From NCBI GenBank assembly GCA_002439875.1, contig DJQB01000036.1, positions 139,079 through 203,078 on the forward strand: DNA of 64,000 nucleotides, given 5' to 3'. Position 1 is the stretch's first letter; each line of letters begins with the position of its first letter. The position numbers and the translations under genes are program-made. The notes beneath the pieces are model-generated. The model ran no database searches. It was not told where the DNA came from and was given only the letters and a program-made list of their open reading frames with translations. Below, piece by piece: positions 9,721 through 18,893 of this stretch. This DNA comes from Bacteroidales bacterium UBA6397. Lineage in GTDB: Bacteria > Bacteroidota > Bacteroidia > Bacteroidales > UBA932.

Positions 9721-9729
9721 AATTCCTTC

Positions 9730-9817
9730 GTATTGCGTTTGTATAGCGTTTGTGTTTACAAAGAAACAACTTTCCGGCCAAATAATCAAGACTTCCCGCT
9801 GATTTTCACTTTGTTCG
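9730..9817 (-). repeat. 88-bp repeat, copy 2; it contains 30-bp element copy 2 at 9730..9759
   Basis: The plus strand at 9730..9759 reads GTATTGCGTTTGTATAGCGTTTGTGTTTAC. It lies 9 nt upstream of the DUF4065 gene ATG. Confidence 0.85.
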
Positions 9818-10177
9818 CCCAAGTTCCGATTCCCGAATCCGGGCGATGACATCGTCCGTGAACTCGTACATCAGGCGCTCGGCGATGGAGGCGAAAGCAC
9901 CGAAGACATAGCGGTTGTGGATCTTGCGGTTGCTCTTGACGGAATGGCCGCCACGCTGGAGACGCTTCATGTCCAGATAACGCTCGTAGGCCACGTGGAC
10001 GAACGTCAAAGTCCCCGAAGCACCGCTGCCGCCCGTCACCGAAACACTCCTTGACGACTCCATCCGTCCCGAACGCTTCTTGACCCTTGCCTCGATGGCC
10101 TTGCCCTGATTTCTCAAAAGCCTCTGACCCTCATCCTGAAGGACCTCATCCACAAAACGCGCCCTGACATCCATCAC
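9806..10177 (-). CDS. Phage hypothetical / structural protein (123 aa)
   Basis: ORF in the late-gene block, tightly packed with its neighbours. Confidence 0.6.
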   Translation of the reverse strand: MMDVRARFVDEVLQDEGQRLLRNQGKAIEARVKKRSGRMESSRSVSVTGGSGASGTLTFVHVAYERYLDMKRLQRGGHSVKSNRKIHNRYVFGAFASIAERLMYEFTDDVIARIRESELGRTK

Positions 10178-10629
10178 TCAAACGCAAGCTCAATGCTGTA
10201 CCCGCTCCAACCACCGAACACGCTGGCCTCCGGCACCACATCCACAGAAGCAAGCGACAACCCCGTCACCAAACGGCAGTTCTGTCCTGAAGTCTCCTCC
10301 GCAATGTAGGCCAGAATCAAATCCGCAATCTCCAGAAGCCGCGAATACTGCCCATTCTCCGATTCCTCCGTCTTGTCCAACCCAAGCCCCTTCTCCAACA
10401 CGAAGATCACCGTCCCAAGTTCCTCACGGAACGTGTCAGAATCCCCGCGCTGATGAACCTCCGGACGCGCCAAAAGAACCTGCACACCCGAAAGATGCGC
10501 CAGCTTGGAAGTCGCGTCCGACTGCGCGGTCGTGCAAATCGGATCAATACCATCGGGATACTTACCGGATTTAATCCTTAACCCCGCAAGGTACTCAGTG
10601 AGCCTTTGAAGCCTTGATAATCTGCTCAT
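10174..10629 (-). CDS. Phage hypothetical / structural protein (151 aa)
   Basis: Start refined to the ATG at 10629 (MSRLSRLQRL). Lies in the late-gene block. Confidence 0.55.
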   Translation of the reverse strand: MSRLSRLQRLTEYLAGLRIKSGKYPDGIDPICTTAQSDATSKLAHLSGVQVLLARPEVHQRGDSDTFREELGTVIFVLEKGLGLDKTEESENGQYSRLLEIADLILAYIAEETSGQNCRLVTGLSLASVDVVPEASVFGGWSGYSIELAFE

Positions 10630-11485
10630 TCCTCTTTCTTTCCTTATAGTTATGCCACATAATCGACAACACGGAGAATAACGGCTCCTCATCCACCCGG
10701 TCAATGTTCCCAAGCGTGTTCTCCTTGGCCACCTCGACCAGCAGGTCATTCCACCCGAAGCTTACCCCCGAATGGCTATCATCCCCCGCGAAAAGCCTCG
10801 ATAAGTCAATCTCCTCTCCGTCAATCTCCAGAACGCCCGTCTGAAGGTACTTCAAGCAAGCCGAAAACCACATCATCACAAGGTTCTTCTGCCATCCCTT
10901 CAACCTCGATGCTCTATGAATATGCCACCTCGCGTTCCGCTGGTCTACATCCGGCACCATCCGTCCCGCCCGATTGGCCTTCCTTGACTTCTTCCGGTAC
11001 AGGAATGCGATGCACTCATCCAGATCCGCCACATCGTGATTCTTGAAGAAGCGGTTCACAGCCGCGGAAGCGTGCCTGAACTCCCCGAAAGTCAGATCCT
11101 GAAGCAATTCCCCAGGGCCGTGCAGCCACACAAGCCCCGAACGCACCACCGGCATAGGATTGGCTACCGAATCGAACGTCAACGCAGCTGACTCCTCCGA
11201 GAACAGAAACCCCAGAAACCTCTCGCACATCCGATAGACATTCTCATCCCTCAAAGACCCCTGATCGCCTTTGAATATGTCCGTGAACCATCCCCTGACA
11301 GTCCGCTTGACCCCCAGCAGCATCCAAAGCACCCTCACATTGAAGTCCAACGGAGATTTACCGTGCCTGAGACACCACTCGAAGATCCGGAACACCCCAC
11401 GCACCTGTTTCGGAGTCATCTCATTCCACGAACCAGGCACCTGAACGACCTTTCCGGTATCGAAAACCTCAATCGTGTTCATCAC
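10595..11485 (-). CDS. Phage hypothetical / structural protein (296 aa)
   Basis: Long ORF in the late-gene block with a 4-nt overlap onto the upstream gene. Confidence 0.7.
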   Translation of the reverse strand: MMNTIEVFDTGKVVQVPGSWNEMTPKQVRGVFRIFEWCLRHGKSPLDFNVRVLWMLLGVKRTVRGWFTDIFKGDQGSLRDENVYRMCERFLGFLFSEESAALTFDSVANPMPVVRSGLVWLHGPGELLQDLTFGEFRHASAAVNRFFKNHDVADLDECIAFLYRKKSRKANRAGRMVPDVDQRNARWHIHRASRLKGWQKNLVMMWFSACLKYLQTGVLEIDGEEIDLSRLFAGDDSHSGVSFGWNDLLVEVAKENTLGNIDRVDEEPLFSVLSIMWHNYKERKRNEQIIKASKAH

Positions 11486-12405
11486 TCAGTAGTAAAGAAT
11501 TTGTTCCGCCTGTCATTCGTAGGCAAAAGCTTCGGATCCGCCTTCTCCTCGTTGATAAGATCCGCAAGATCCGTCAAAGCGTCCTTCACCTCCGCCTTCA
11601 GATTGCCCACATACCAGTCAATCTCATCGGTCGTGGCCACCCTGTTCGACCTGTTGCCCTGATAGGTAGGGGAGAACCGCCTTGCTATCTCGATGGGGAA
11701 CACCTCAAGGCTCCACCTTGTGCCCGCAACGATCACCGCACTGAGTATGGCCGCCCTTCTGGCCAGCGAAAGCACCCTCTCATCAGCCGAACCGTCAACT
11801 ATTGAAGCCCATTTATCCCCTGCGAACGGTCCTATCACCGCCCTTTGCCGCTCGATCACAAGCGCCTGCAATAGATAATAGACATAGTAGCTCCCGTCGA
11901 TGGGATAGACGGCCTCGAACTCCTGAATATTCCTGACAATGGATTCGCCCGTCATCGTCCTTTTTGCCGAAGCCTTCCAGCTCTCGTTGCCGGAAGTCTC
12001 CAGATAGGTGTACAAAGCGTCCAAAGCCCGGAAATACCGTTCTCTCATCGCCCTGTCATCCCTGTCTATCTGCCACTCGTAAGGACTTCTCTCATTGTCG
12101 TCAATCTTGACCTTCCGTCCGGTCGACTCGTGCGACACGGACGAAAGCTTTGCGTACCGCATCAACGCAAGACAAGCCACCGGAAGCCTCACGGCGGCCA
12201 CAAGTTCCGGCTTCTCATCCTCATCGTAAGCCTCGGCTGCCTCCTTGACCACCTCCTGACTCACAAGCCGCGCCACCTCATCGGTAGCGAACCTGATCTC
12301 CGTCTCGATCAGCCTGAATGGAGAAGAAGCGTACCACTGGCCGGTCAGATCCTCAAGCTCCTTGGAACCGTCCCGATTTCTGTTGAACAAATCCATCATA
12401 ATCAC
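11482..12405 (-). CDS. Phage hypothetical / structural protein (307 aa)
   Basis: Long ORF with a 4-nt overlap onto the putative portal gene. Confidence 0.7.
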   Translation of the reverse strand: MIMMDLFNRNRDGSKELEDLTGQWYASSPFRLIETEIRFATDEVARLVSQEVVKEAAEAYDEDEKPELVAAVRLPVACLALMRYAKLSSVSHESTGRKVKIDDNERSPYEWQIDRDDRAMRERYFRALDALYTYLETSGNESWKASAKRTMTGESIVRNIQEFEAVYPIDGSYYVYYLLQALVIERQRAVIGPFAGDKWASIVDGSADERVLSLARRAAILSAVIVAGTRWSLEVFPIEIARRFSPTYQGNRSNRVATTDEIDWYVGNLKAEVKDALTDLADLINEEKADPKLLPTNDRRNKFFTTE

Positions 12406-13760
12406 TGATTTTTAACCCTTGCCGAAGAAGTCAGCGCATCCTCCGCCTCCAACTGCTTGTGGAAGAACCCAAGTTTCAGCCCCTTGCCGGGGAAATTGAA
12501 CGCTATCGCCTGGTTGATAGGCTCAAGAATCGTCTGCGAGGCGATCTCCGTGTCCGAAAGCAGGAAAAGCTTGAAAGCGTACAGCAGTTCCGAGCCCGAA
12601 GCCAGCTTTCCGTTCACCATCACGTTCGACAACGACGGATGCAGCCCCATTCCCGAAGTGATGGCCGAAGCCGAAGCCTCGGAGATTTTCAACTGAGCCT
12701 CGACAAAGTCCTTCATCTTCTGGTCAATTGCCTCCACGGTCCAAGCCACACGCCCCGCACCGCTCTCGGAAGGCATATCCAACGAGTAGAAGAACTTTCC
12801 AGCGTTCTCCTTGCCGCTTAGAACATCCTGCATCTGCATCAGCAAGTCTTCCGTCAGCCTGCTGATCTCGTTCTCCACCTTAGTGTCATCCCAAGTCGGA
12901 TGGATCATCCTTAGGCGGTCCCGTCTTTCCTCCCAGTACTCCTTAGGAGCCTTCACCAGATAGGCAAGATTGATTCCGTTGTCTGTCACGTACTTGAATA
13001 TGGTCGGAATCTCCGAACCCTTGACAATCCAGCGCAGCGCGCCCCAGTACTGAGGCACCGCATAGAAATCCCTTGCGAACGAATAGGTGTAGTTGTACGA
13101 GGCCGATGCTCCGTACCGTCCCGGATTCCTCCTGTCATAGACCGGATAGACCCGTACGCCAGTCCCCACGCATGAATGCTCGAAATCACCCACGACAATA
13201 TGTCTCACATCCCTTATCTCCCGGCTGTCAGTCCACTCCAGCCTTGCGTTCTTTGAAGGGATATGCTCAAGATAGGCAATCTTTGGCTCCCTGCCTATCC
13301 TTCTGCCTTTCTCCAAGTACTTGGCATCGAAGAACCCTTTCAGATGCAGGTAGTCGGTCATGCATCCCTTGATGTAGCTTACATAGTCCCAGCTGTCCAA
13401 CCACGCCTGGATCTCCTTGTCTTCCTCCCAGTGATGCACGATGTTCCCATCCTGGTAAGCCAGCCGGTTCAGGAACACGCCCTGGCCGTAGAGAAGCCCC
13501 ATCTGCCTTTCAAGGATTCCGGGACCAAGATTGTTTTCGTCAAGGATGTCCCGAAGATGCACGGGAAGGTTGTTGTCGTGGCCGAACGGCACGATCTTCT
13601 GTCCGCAAATCGTCTGGGGCAACTGCTCCCAGTTTCTTTGCTGCGCCATCCAGAACACAGAGTCAAGACTGCTGTCCCTTCTGTTGGAAAGCGCGAAAGC
13701 CCGGCCATCGTTCAGCCGCAGGACGGCCGTGTGGTCGGATATTTTTTCGATTCTGCTCAT
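12402..13760 (-). CDS. Putative portal protein
   Basis: 452 aa. The call rests on size and position just downstream of the large terminase. No motif was verified. Confidence 0.5.
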   Translation of the reverse strand: MSRIEKISDHTAVLRLNDGRAFALSNRRDSSLDSVFWMAQQRNWEQLPQTICGQKIVPFGHDNNLPVHLRDILDENNLGPGILERQMGLLYGQGVFLNRLAYQDGNIVHHWEEDKEIQAWLDSWDYVSYIKGCMTDYLHLKGFFDAKYLEKGRRIGREPKIAYLEHIPSKNARLEWTDSREIRDVRHIVVGDFEHSCVGTGVRVYPVYDRRNPGRYGASASYNYTYSFARDFYAVPQYWGALRWIVKGSEIPTIFKYVTDNGINLAYLVKAPKEYWEERRDRLRMIHPTWDDTKVENEISRLTEDLLMQMQDVLSGKENAGKFFYSLDMPSESGAGRVAWTVEAIDQKMKDFVEAQLKISEASASAITSGMGLHPSLSNVMVNGKLASGSELLYAFKLFLLSDTEIASQTILEPINQAIAFNFPGKGLKLGFFHKQLEAEDALTSSARVKNQ

Positions 13761-14029
13761 ACGAGTATCAGTTTTTGTCCGTTGAATGTCATCAGAAGCG
13801 GCTGGTAGAAACGCCTCGGCTCCCCGGTCTCCATATCCGTGTAGCCCTCGATCAGGTCAGCGTTCTTGTTGCGCTCCTTGGTTTCCCTATGCCGCAGCAC
13901 ACCGCGTCGCACATAGACAATCCCGTCGCTTGTGCCTTTCGTCGGATTGTAGCTCATAAACGAGAAACTGAAGCTCCTGCCTTCCTCTGACAGCCGCCTC
14001 ATCTGAGCCAATGCTTCATATACGTTCAT
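13757..14029 (-). CDS. Phage hypothetical protein (90 aa)
   Basis: ORF overlapping the portal start by 4 nt. Confidence 0.55.
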   Translation of the reverse strand: MNVYEALAQMRRLSEEGRSFSFSFMSYNPTKGTSDGIVYVRRGVLRHRETKERNKNADLIEGYTDMETGEPRRFYQPLLMTFNGQKLILV

Positions 14030-14311
14030 ATCACAAAGTTAGCCACCTCACAAGACGATAAAAAGGACACCTTGCACAAGTCGCTTCGGCAGGCTCAGCG
14101 ACCACGGTGGACCGGTCACCGAGCTTGTCGAAGTGCCCGAACCTCCTAACTATGCAAAGAGACCAGAACTACAGCCCAAGGCACTGAAATTTCAGCAAAT
14201 CAACACTGATTTGTGAATATATTTCCGTCAATCCCGTACTGTTCAATCCCTTGCGCCCCGCCACGGCAGAAACGCTTTTTTCCAGACGCAAAAAAGCACG
14301 GGCCGCGCAAA

Positions 14312-14339
14312 GGAAGAATCGCAATTGCGATTCCTTTCC
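14312..14339 (-). terminator. Palindromic hairpin just downstream of the large terminase gene
   Basis: Perfect 18-bp palindrome GAATCGCAATTGCGATTC at 14316..14333 with flanking GGAA/TTCC. The T-run on the minus strand is weak (TTTG). Confidence 0.35.
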
Positions 14340-14366
14340 GGGGGTGATATATGGCGCAGACCCCAC

Positions 14367-16157
14367 TCAGTCCTTGTTTTTACCCACGGCTCTCGGATCC
14401 GTAGCCGAAGACGGAAGCATCGTCTTCCCACTGGCCTGCCCTCTCAACTGCTTGGTCATCACAAGATACTTGAATGAGTCAGAAGGATTGGTGGACTCGG
14501 TAGGCAGCTGCTCCACAGGCAACTTCTCGCTTCTCTTGTCCTTGAACACAACACCGTTCTTCACAACTGTCCTTGCCTTCTCCAATGAGAGTTTCAGATG
14601 CTTGGCCGCATAGGCGTCGATGCGAATCACGGGCAACCGAGGATTGCGCTCACTCATTATCTCCTGCATGAATGAGTATTCCTCCGGCTGTCCGATGTTG
14701 CCCTGGTTGATGGACATCAGCTGCACCGTCCACCCTGTGCGGCGGCCGGACTCATCATATTCAACAGCCTTCTTGAACTTGCCGACCTGGTCTTCTCCCA
14801 CCGACTTGTAGGCGTTGCCGGCACGGTCATAGTACAGCATCAGGGTCTTGCGCCTCACAGGCGCGAAGAAGGTGCGGAATTTCTCCCCAAGGTCGGGGAC
14901 ATATTCAGGTGCAAGTGTGTAGAGGAACTTGACCACACGTAGGCACGCGCGTCCCTTCTCGATGTCATTCTGGGCGATGGACATCGAGCACATATTCCCG
15001 AAGTCGACTCCTGCTATGAGTGGCTTGTCCAGATCAACGTACTTTAGCACACTGCAATCCTCCTTGTCCAGCAGACCGAATCCATCGTAGGCGTCCTCAT
15101 CCGTGCCGTCATAGTAGAAGTGGCGTTCGCTCAGTGAAGTGTAGAAGCGGTCGCCTGATTCCAGGGACGGACGCATGGAGAGTATGGCCGTGTTCAGATC
15201 AGGAAGCTTTCCTGCGATCGCATCCCCGAACCACTGCTCTGTGAGGATGTCCACATTGATGTACGAGGACGCAAGCATGAAGAACGTTCTGGCTTCCTTC
15301 CGCATCCGCAGTTCCGTCCATCGTGCCTTCCATTGTTCTGCCACACGGCATTTGCCGCGATAGATGTTCAGATCCTCGTTGCTGTGGGTCTTCAGCCATT
15401 TGTCCTTGGCGGCCACCGCCTCGTGAAGGCATTCGTTATAGACCAGACCGGCCTTCAGCACAAGGACTATTGCCGGGATGTCCATGTTGTGGGCGTATTT
15501 CAGGATCCAGTCATATTCTCCGATGTGCGTGGTGTCGGGCATGTCGGTGGTGAAACTGAATCCTCTGTAGAAGACACTGTGGCCATATTCCTGCCTGTAG
15601 CCCCGGACGGCCTTCAGCAGGTTGGAGATCTTGTCTTCCCGGAAATATTTCACCTCGTCCCCGAAGCAGAACACGTAAGAGGCACCCGCCAGCGTGGCCG
15701 GACGGTCAAGTGAGCCGAACCGGATGTTGGTGCCTGTGTAGAAGATGATTGTCCGCTTGTAGGAGACCAGTTTGTTGAAAGGCTTCCAGAAATGCGGCCT
15801 TAGCCAGTCAGGAATGGTTGATTTCTCAGCTTCCGTGAATGTCGGGGGCTCCTTCTCGATGACATAGTGGACACCTTCACGTAGGCCTTTGCGCTCCAGA
15901 CCTTCCAGAACAGAGGGGAGGATGTTGGCGTTCAGGTTCGTGAACGTGTCGGCCACCCAGACCACGGGCGCGCCCGGCATGTCATAGATGACATCCAGAA
16001 GCCGTTCTGCCTGGATGTCGGTTGTCTTGGCTCCGCCACGGCCCACGACCTGAAGGTTCTGGCACGCACCGGCCAGAGACACTATCTGGGCGAAAGGGTT
16101 CTGGTACTGTACGGAGGCAGCCTGTGTGGATTCAGGCTTAACTCTCTTCCTTTGCAT
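14367..16157 (-). CDS. terL: Terminase large subunit
   Basis: 596 aa. A Walker A-like VVGRGGAKTT is present, followed by an acidic FCFGDE segment. Size and neighbourhood are typical. Confidence 0.8.
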   Translation of the reverse strand: MQRKRVKPESTQAASVQYQNPFAQIVSLAGACQNLQVVGRGGAKTTDIQAERLLDVIYDMPGAPVVWVADTFTNLNANILPSVLEGLERKGLREGVHYVIEKEPPTFTEAEKSTIPDWLRPHFWKPFNKLVSYKRTIIFYTGTNIRFGSLDRPATLAGASYVFCFGDEVKYFREDKISNLLKAVRGYRQEYGHSVFYRGFSFTTDMPDTTHIGEYDWILKYAHNMDIPAIVLVLKAGLVYNECLHEAVAAKDKWLKTHSNEDLNIYRGKCRVAEQWKARWTELRMRKEARTFFMLASSYINVDILTEQWFGDAIAGKLPDLNTAILSMRPSLESGDRFYTSLSERHFYYDGTDEDAYDGFGLLDKEDCSVLKYVDLDKPLIAGVDFGNMCSMSIAQNDIEKGRACLRVVKFLYTLAPEYVPDLGEKFRTFFAPVRRKTLMLYYDRAGNAYKSVGEDQVGKFKKAVEYDESGRRTGWTVQLMSINQGNIGQPEEYSFMQEIMSERNPRLPVIRIDAYAAKHLKLSLEKARTVVKNGVVFKDKRSEKLPVEQLPTESTNPSDSFKYLVMTKQLRGQASGKTMLPSSATDPRAVGKNKD

Positions 16158-17070
16158 CTTCGAGGTATTTTACGATGTCAAGATCCGTGATTCCGGCATC
16201 GGCCTTCAAACGTCTCTTCACAGCCTCCGGGGCGACCACGGTGTCGATCTGACGTTCAAGCTCATCACGGTTGGCGGCAGGGAGACCGATTGATTCAGGC
16301 GTGGCCGAAAGCAGACGGAACATAGGCTGATAGAGTTCAGCCGGAAGCTTGGCAGGATCATCCTTGTCCAGCTGGAGCGCCCTTGCCTTGTTGGCCAGGA
16401 TGTCAGCGGCCACCGCATAGTCCTTGGAAGTCTTGGCGGCATCCCTTGCGGCCACGTAGAGGGTGTCAAACTGATCAGCCATCTTGTTGCGCATAGCCTC
16501 CTTGGAGACCTTGCGGTTGCAGAAGAAAAGTTCCATCGCTTCCGAATATATGTCCGCCGCCCGCTGGTAGGGGATGCAGAACGGCGCGGTGGTCAGAAAC
16601 TTGATGGTTCTCCTTTTGCCATACTGGCCGTCCAAAGAATATATCAGTGTCATCAGATCGATGTAGATCTGCTCCTTGTCTGAGAGGGTGCCCTTGGAGC
16701 CAGAAGCTATATATTCCTGAATCTTCTCGAATGCGCCCTCTTTCTCTGTGCCACCGAACAAATCCAACTTGGAAATGGTGAAGCTTTTGTCCCGGACGAT
16801 GTCACGGAACTGCTCGATGGAGACAGCGTCACCGCCCATCGCTCCACGCACCACGGCAAGTTCGATCTTTGCCCTTTTCTCCAGCTGGCCACGCTTGATG
16901 GCGTCGCGTATGTTCAGATCATCCGTTGAGATCGGATCCGCCAAGATAACCGCCAGCTGCCTTTCGGTGATGTCAAGGAAACCGGCCAGTTCGGCATCTG
17001 TCCAGCCGATGGCCGCAAGTGATGAAAGATCATCGAGAAGTTCGGGTTTTAGTTCCTTCATATTCTTCAA
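16138..17070 (-). CDS. Putative terminase small subunit
   Basis: 310 aa immediately upstream of terL, with an N-terminal HTH-like segment GWTDAELAGFLDITERQLAVIL. Confidence 0.5.
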   Translation of the reverse strand: MKNMKELKPELLDDLSSLAAIGWTDAELAGFLDITERQLAVILADPISTDDLNIRDAIKRGQLEKRAKIELAVVRGAMGGDAVSIEQFRDIVRDKSFTISKLDLFGGTEKEGAFEKIQEYIASGSKGTLSDKEQIYIDLMTLIYSLDGQYGKRRTIKFLTTAPFCIPYQRAADIYSEAMELFFCNRKVSKEAMRNKMADQFDTLYVAARDAAKTSKDYAVAADILANKARALQLDKDDPAKLPAELYQPMFRLLSATPESIGLPAANRDELERQIDTVVAPEAVKRRLKADAGITDLDIVKYLEDAKEES

Positions 17071-17719
17071 TCATTCGGTTGATGTCATTGAGAGTCATCC
17101 GCAGGCGCGCAAGCCTTTCCTCCCTTGAGATTTTAAGATCCGGACGGTCGCCTTGCTTGATTTCCCGCTCGGCCCGCCAGATGGAATCCTGAACGTTCTT
17201 CCTTTTCTGGAACAGGCTTGTGATAGGCAACCGACGAAGCTCGTTCATCTTCTTCGCCAAAGCGAAGATCGGATGCTTGCCCAGAACCCTGTGATGCTCT
17301 TTGTAGTACTGAAATTCAAGTCGAGAACTTGAATTTTGCGTAAAATTTCTTATTGTTTTTTCAGCGACCTCGAAGCATTCTTCCGGAGTGGTGCACCTGA
17401 AGAGATCTTCGTGGGCGTTGACATAGTTGTGCCACGAAGTGATCATGTCAGCCGCAAGGGCTTTCAGTTCGGTCGGGCAATCTGGTTCGGCCAGAAAAGG
17501 CCAGTCTTCCCGGAATCGCCCGCCCTTGGTCAGGGTCTGCGAAAACGGCACCTCGGTGCTGAACGGAAGCAAAGCTTTTTTCAAGAGGTGTGAATATGCC
17601 TTCGGAGCTTTCCGGACTAGCGCCTCAAGCCAATTGTTAGGTGCGTATATGCTCAAGAGCCGAAGTCCTTCAGTGACCTCGGCTCCCGAACATATCCATC
17701 TGTCAATCTCGTTACTCAT
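17030..17719 (-). CDS. Phage hypothetical protein (229 aa)
   Basis: ORF in the late block. Confidence 0.65.
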   Translation of the reverse strand: MSNEIDRWICSGAEVTEGLRLLSIYAPNNWLEALVRKAPKAYSHLLKKALLPFSTEVPFSQTLTKGGRFREDWPFLAEPDCPTELKALAADMITSWHNYVNAHEDLFRCTTPEECFEVAEKTIRNFTQNSSSRLEFQYYKEHHRVLGKHPIFALAKKMNELRRLPITSLFQKRKNVQDSIWRAEREIKQGDRPDLKISREERLARLRMTLNDINRMIEEYEGTKTRTSR

Positions 17720-18311
17720 TCAGCAGGTATTGGTCAATCAGATGTGTGATGGCCGCATAGCCTTGCGGTGTGGCGAACACGAACTTCTTGCGGACGAAAG
17801 CCTCGATGACAAGGTGCTCGCAAGGGTTCGCTCGATAGACCGGAGTGACGATGTTGCCGAAGCGGAATCCCGCCTCAATCGGCCTGTGCAGGTTCTTTTT
17901 GAAGTAGTCTTTAAGGAACTCTTCCGATGTCTGGCCGTCAGCAGGGAGCATTTCCACCAGTTTCTCCTTGGAGAACGGTTTAGGAAGCCTTTCGCCATAG
18001 ACCTTGTTGCCCTGTACGTCAAGGAAAACAAGTGGCGTGGCCAGTTCCTCCATCGAGATCTTGGAGCAAGGAATGCAATTGGCTGGTGCCAGAATAAAGT
18101 CATCAGCGACATTGTTGTCAGCGATGATCCCGGCTAGGGTGTCGCGGATGTCAGCGTCCGGTCCGATTGTGATGACAACAGGATTGACTCCTGTCATCTT
18201 CTCCCAAACTTTGGACAACTGGCCGTCCGTGCCTTCGTAGGCACAGACAACCAGATTTACCTTTTTGTCCGCAGTCTTGCGGTCTGCAACTGAGGTTTTA
18301 CTCTTACTCAT
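17712..18311 (-). CDS. Phage hypothetical protein (199 aa)
   Basis: ORF in the late block. Confidence 0.65.
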   Translation of the reverse strand: MSKSKTSVADRKTADKKVNLVVCAYEGTDGQLSKVWEKMTGVNPVVITIGPDADIRDTLAGIIADNNVADDFILAPANCIPCSKISMEELATPLVFLDVQGNKVYGERLPKPFSKEKLVEMLPADGQTSEEFLKDYFKKNLHRPIEAGFRFGNIVTPVYRANPCEHLVIEAFVRKKFVFATPQGYAAITHLIDQYLLNE

Positions 18312-18314
18312 CCG

Positions 18315-18875
18315 CTATGCGCCACCTCCTTCGGAGGAACCAGCAGCCGCGGCGATTTCCGGGAGTTCCCCAGCATAGTCACCAGCAAGGAACTTGTCTG
18401 GAAGAGATTGCTTCCATGTCATAGTCCTCTTGGTGGCTTCATTGTCCATCTTCGTCTCGATTGAGAGCCTCAATGGGTTGCAGACACTGCCAATGATCTG
18501 GGTACGTCCAGCTGCCGACCCATCACATTCCTGCACAAAAGCGATGACACCACGGTTTTTGAAGACCTCGACAAAGTTCTTTACCGCAGCCGAGTTGCCG
18601 GGATGGTCATAAACCAGCCCGTTCTTCACTCCTTCAGCGTCTGGATCTCCGGAGTATTCCTCGGTTATCTGGATGGTCGAAGAGGTTGCGTAGATCGAAA
18701 CTGCCTTAGCCCCTGTCTTCAAAGTGAGGTTTCCTGTAACATTGCAGTCGCCAACTTCCCTTGACGGTTCGCTGGCCACATCCTCCACATCCACGAGGAT
18801 GATAGCGGATTTCCTGGCGGACGGTGCACCGGCACCGTCCCCAGGTCTTGGAATTGATGATTTAACGTAAGCCAT
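18315..18875 (-). CDS. Phage structural protein (186 aa) next to the capsid gene
   Basis: ORF directly downstream of the major capsid gene, with a Gly/Ser-rich C-terminal tail like the capsid protein. Confidence 0.6.
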   Translation of the reverse strand: MAYVKSSIPRPGDGAGAPSARKSAIILVDVEDVASEPSREVGDCNVTGNLTLKTGAKAVSIYATSSTIQITEEYSGDPDAEGVKNGLVYDHPGNSAAVKNFVEVFKNRGVIAFVQECDGSAAGRTQIIGSVCNPLRLSIETKMDNEATKRTMTWKQSLPDKFLAGDYAGELPEIAAAAGSSEGGGA

Positions 18876-18893
18876 ATCTTTCGTTATTATTGG

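Noticed and set aside
17427-18137. Long antisense ORFs within late and host genes: 17427..18137, 19881..20525, 7803..8324, 37526..38161, 40330..41019 and 53707..54288.
   Set aside because: Each lies fully inside a stronger opposite-strand CDS that has recognisable motifs or operon packing. Their amino-acid composition is atypical. I treat them as shadow ORFs.
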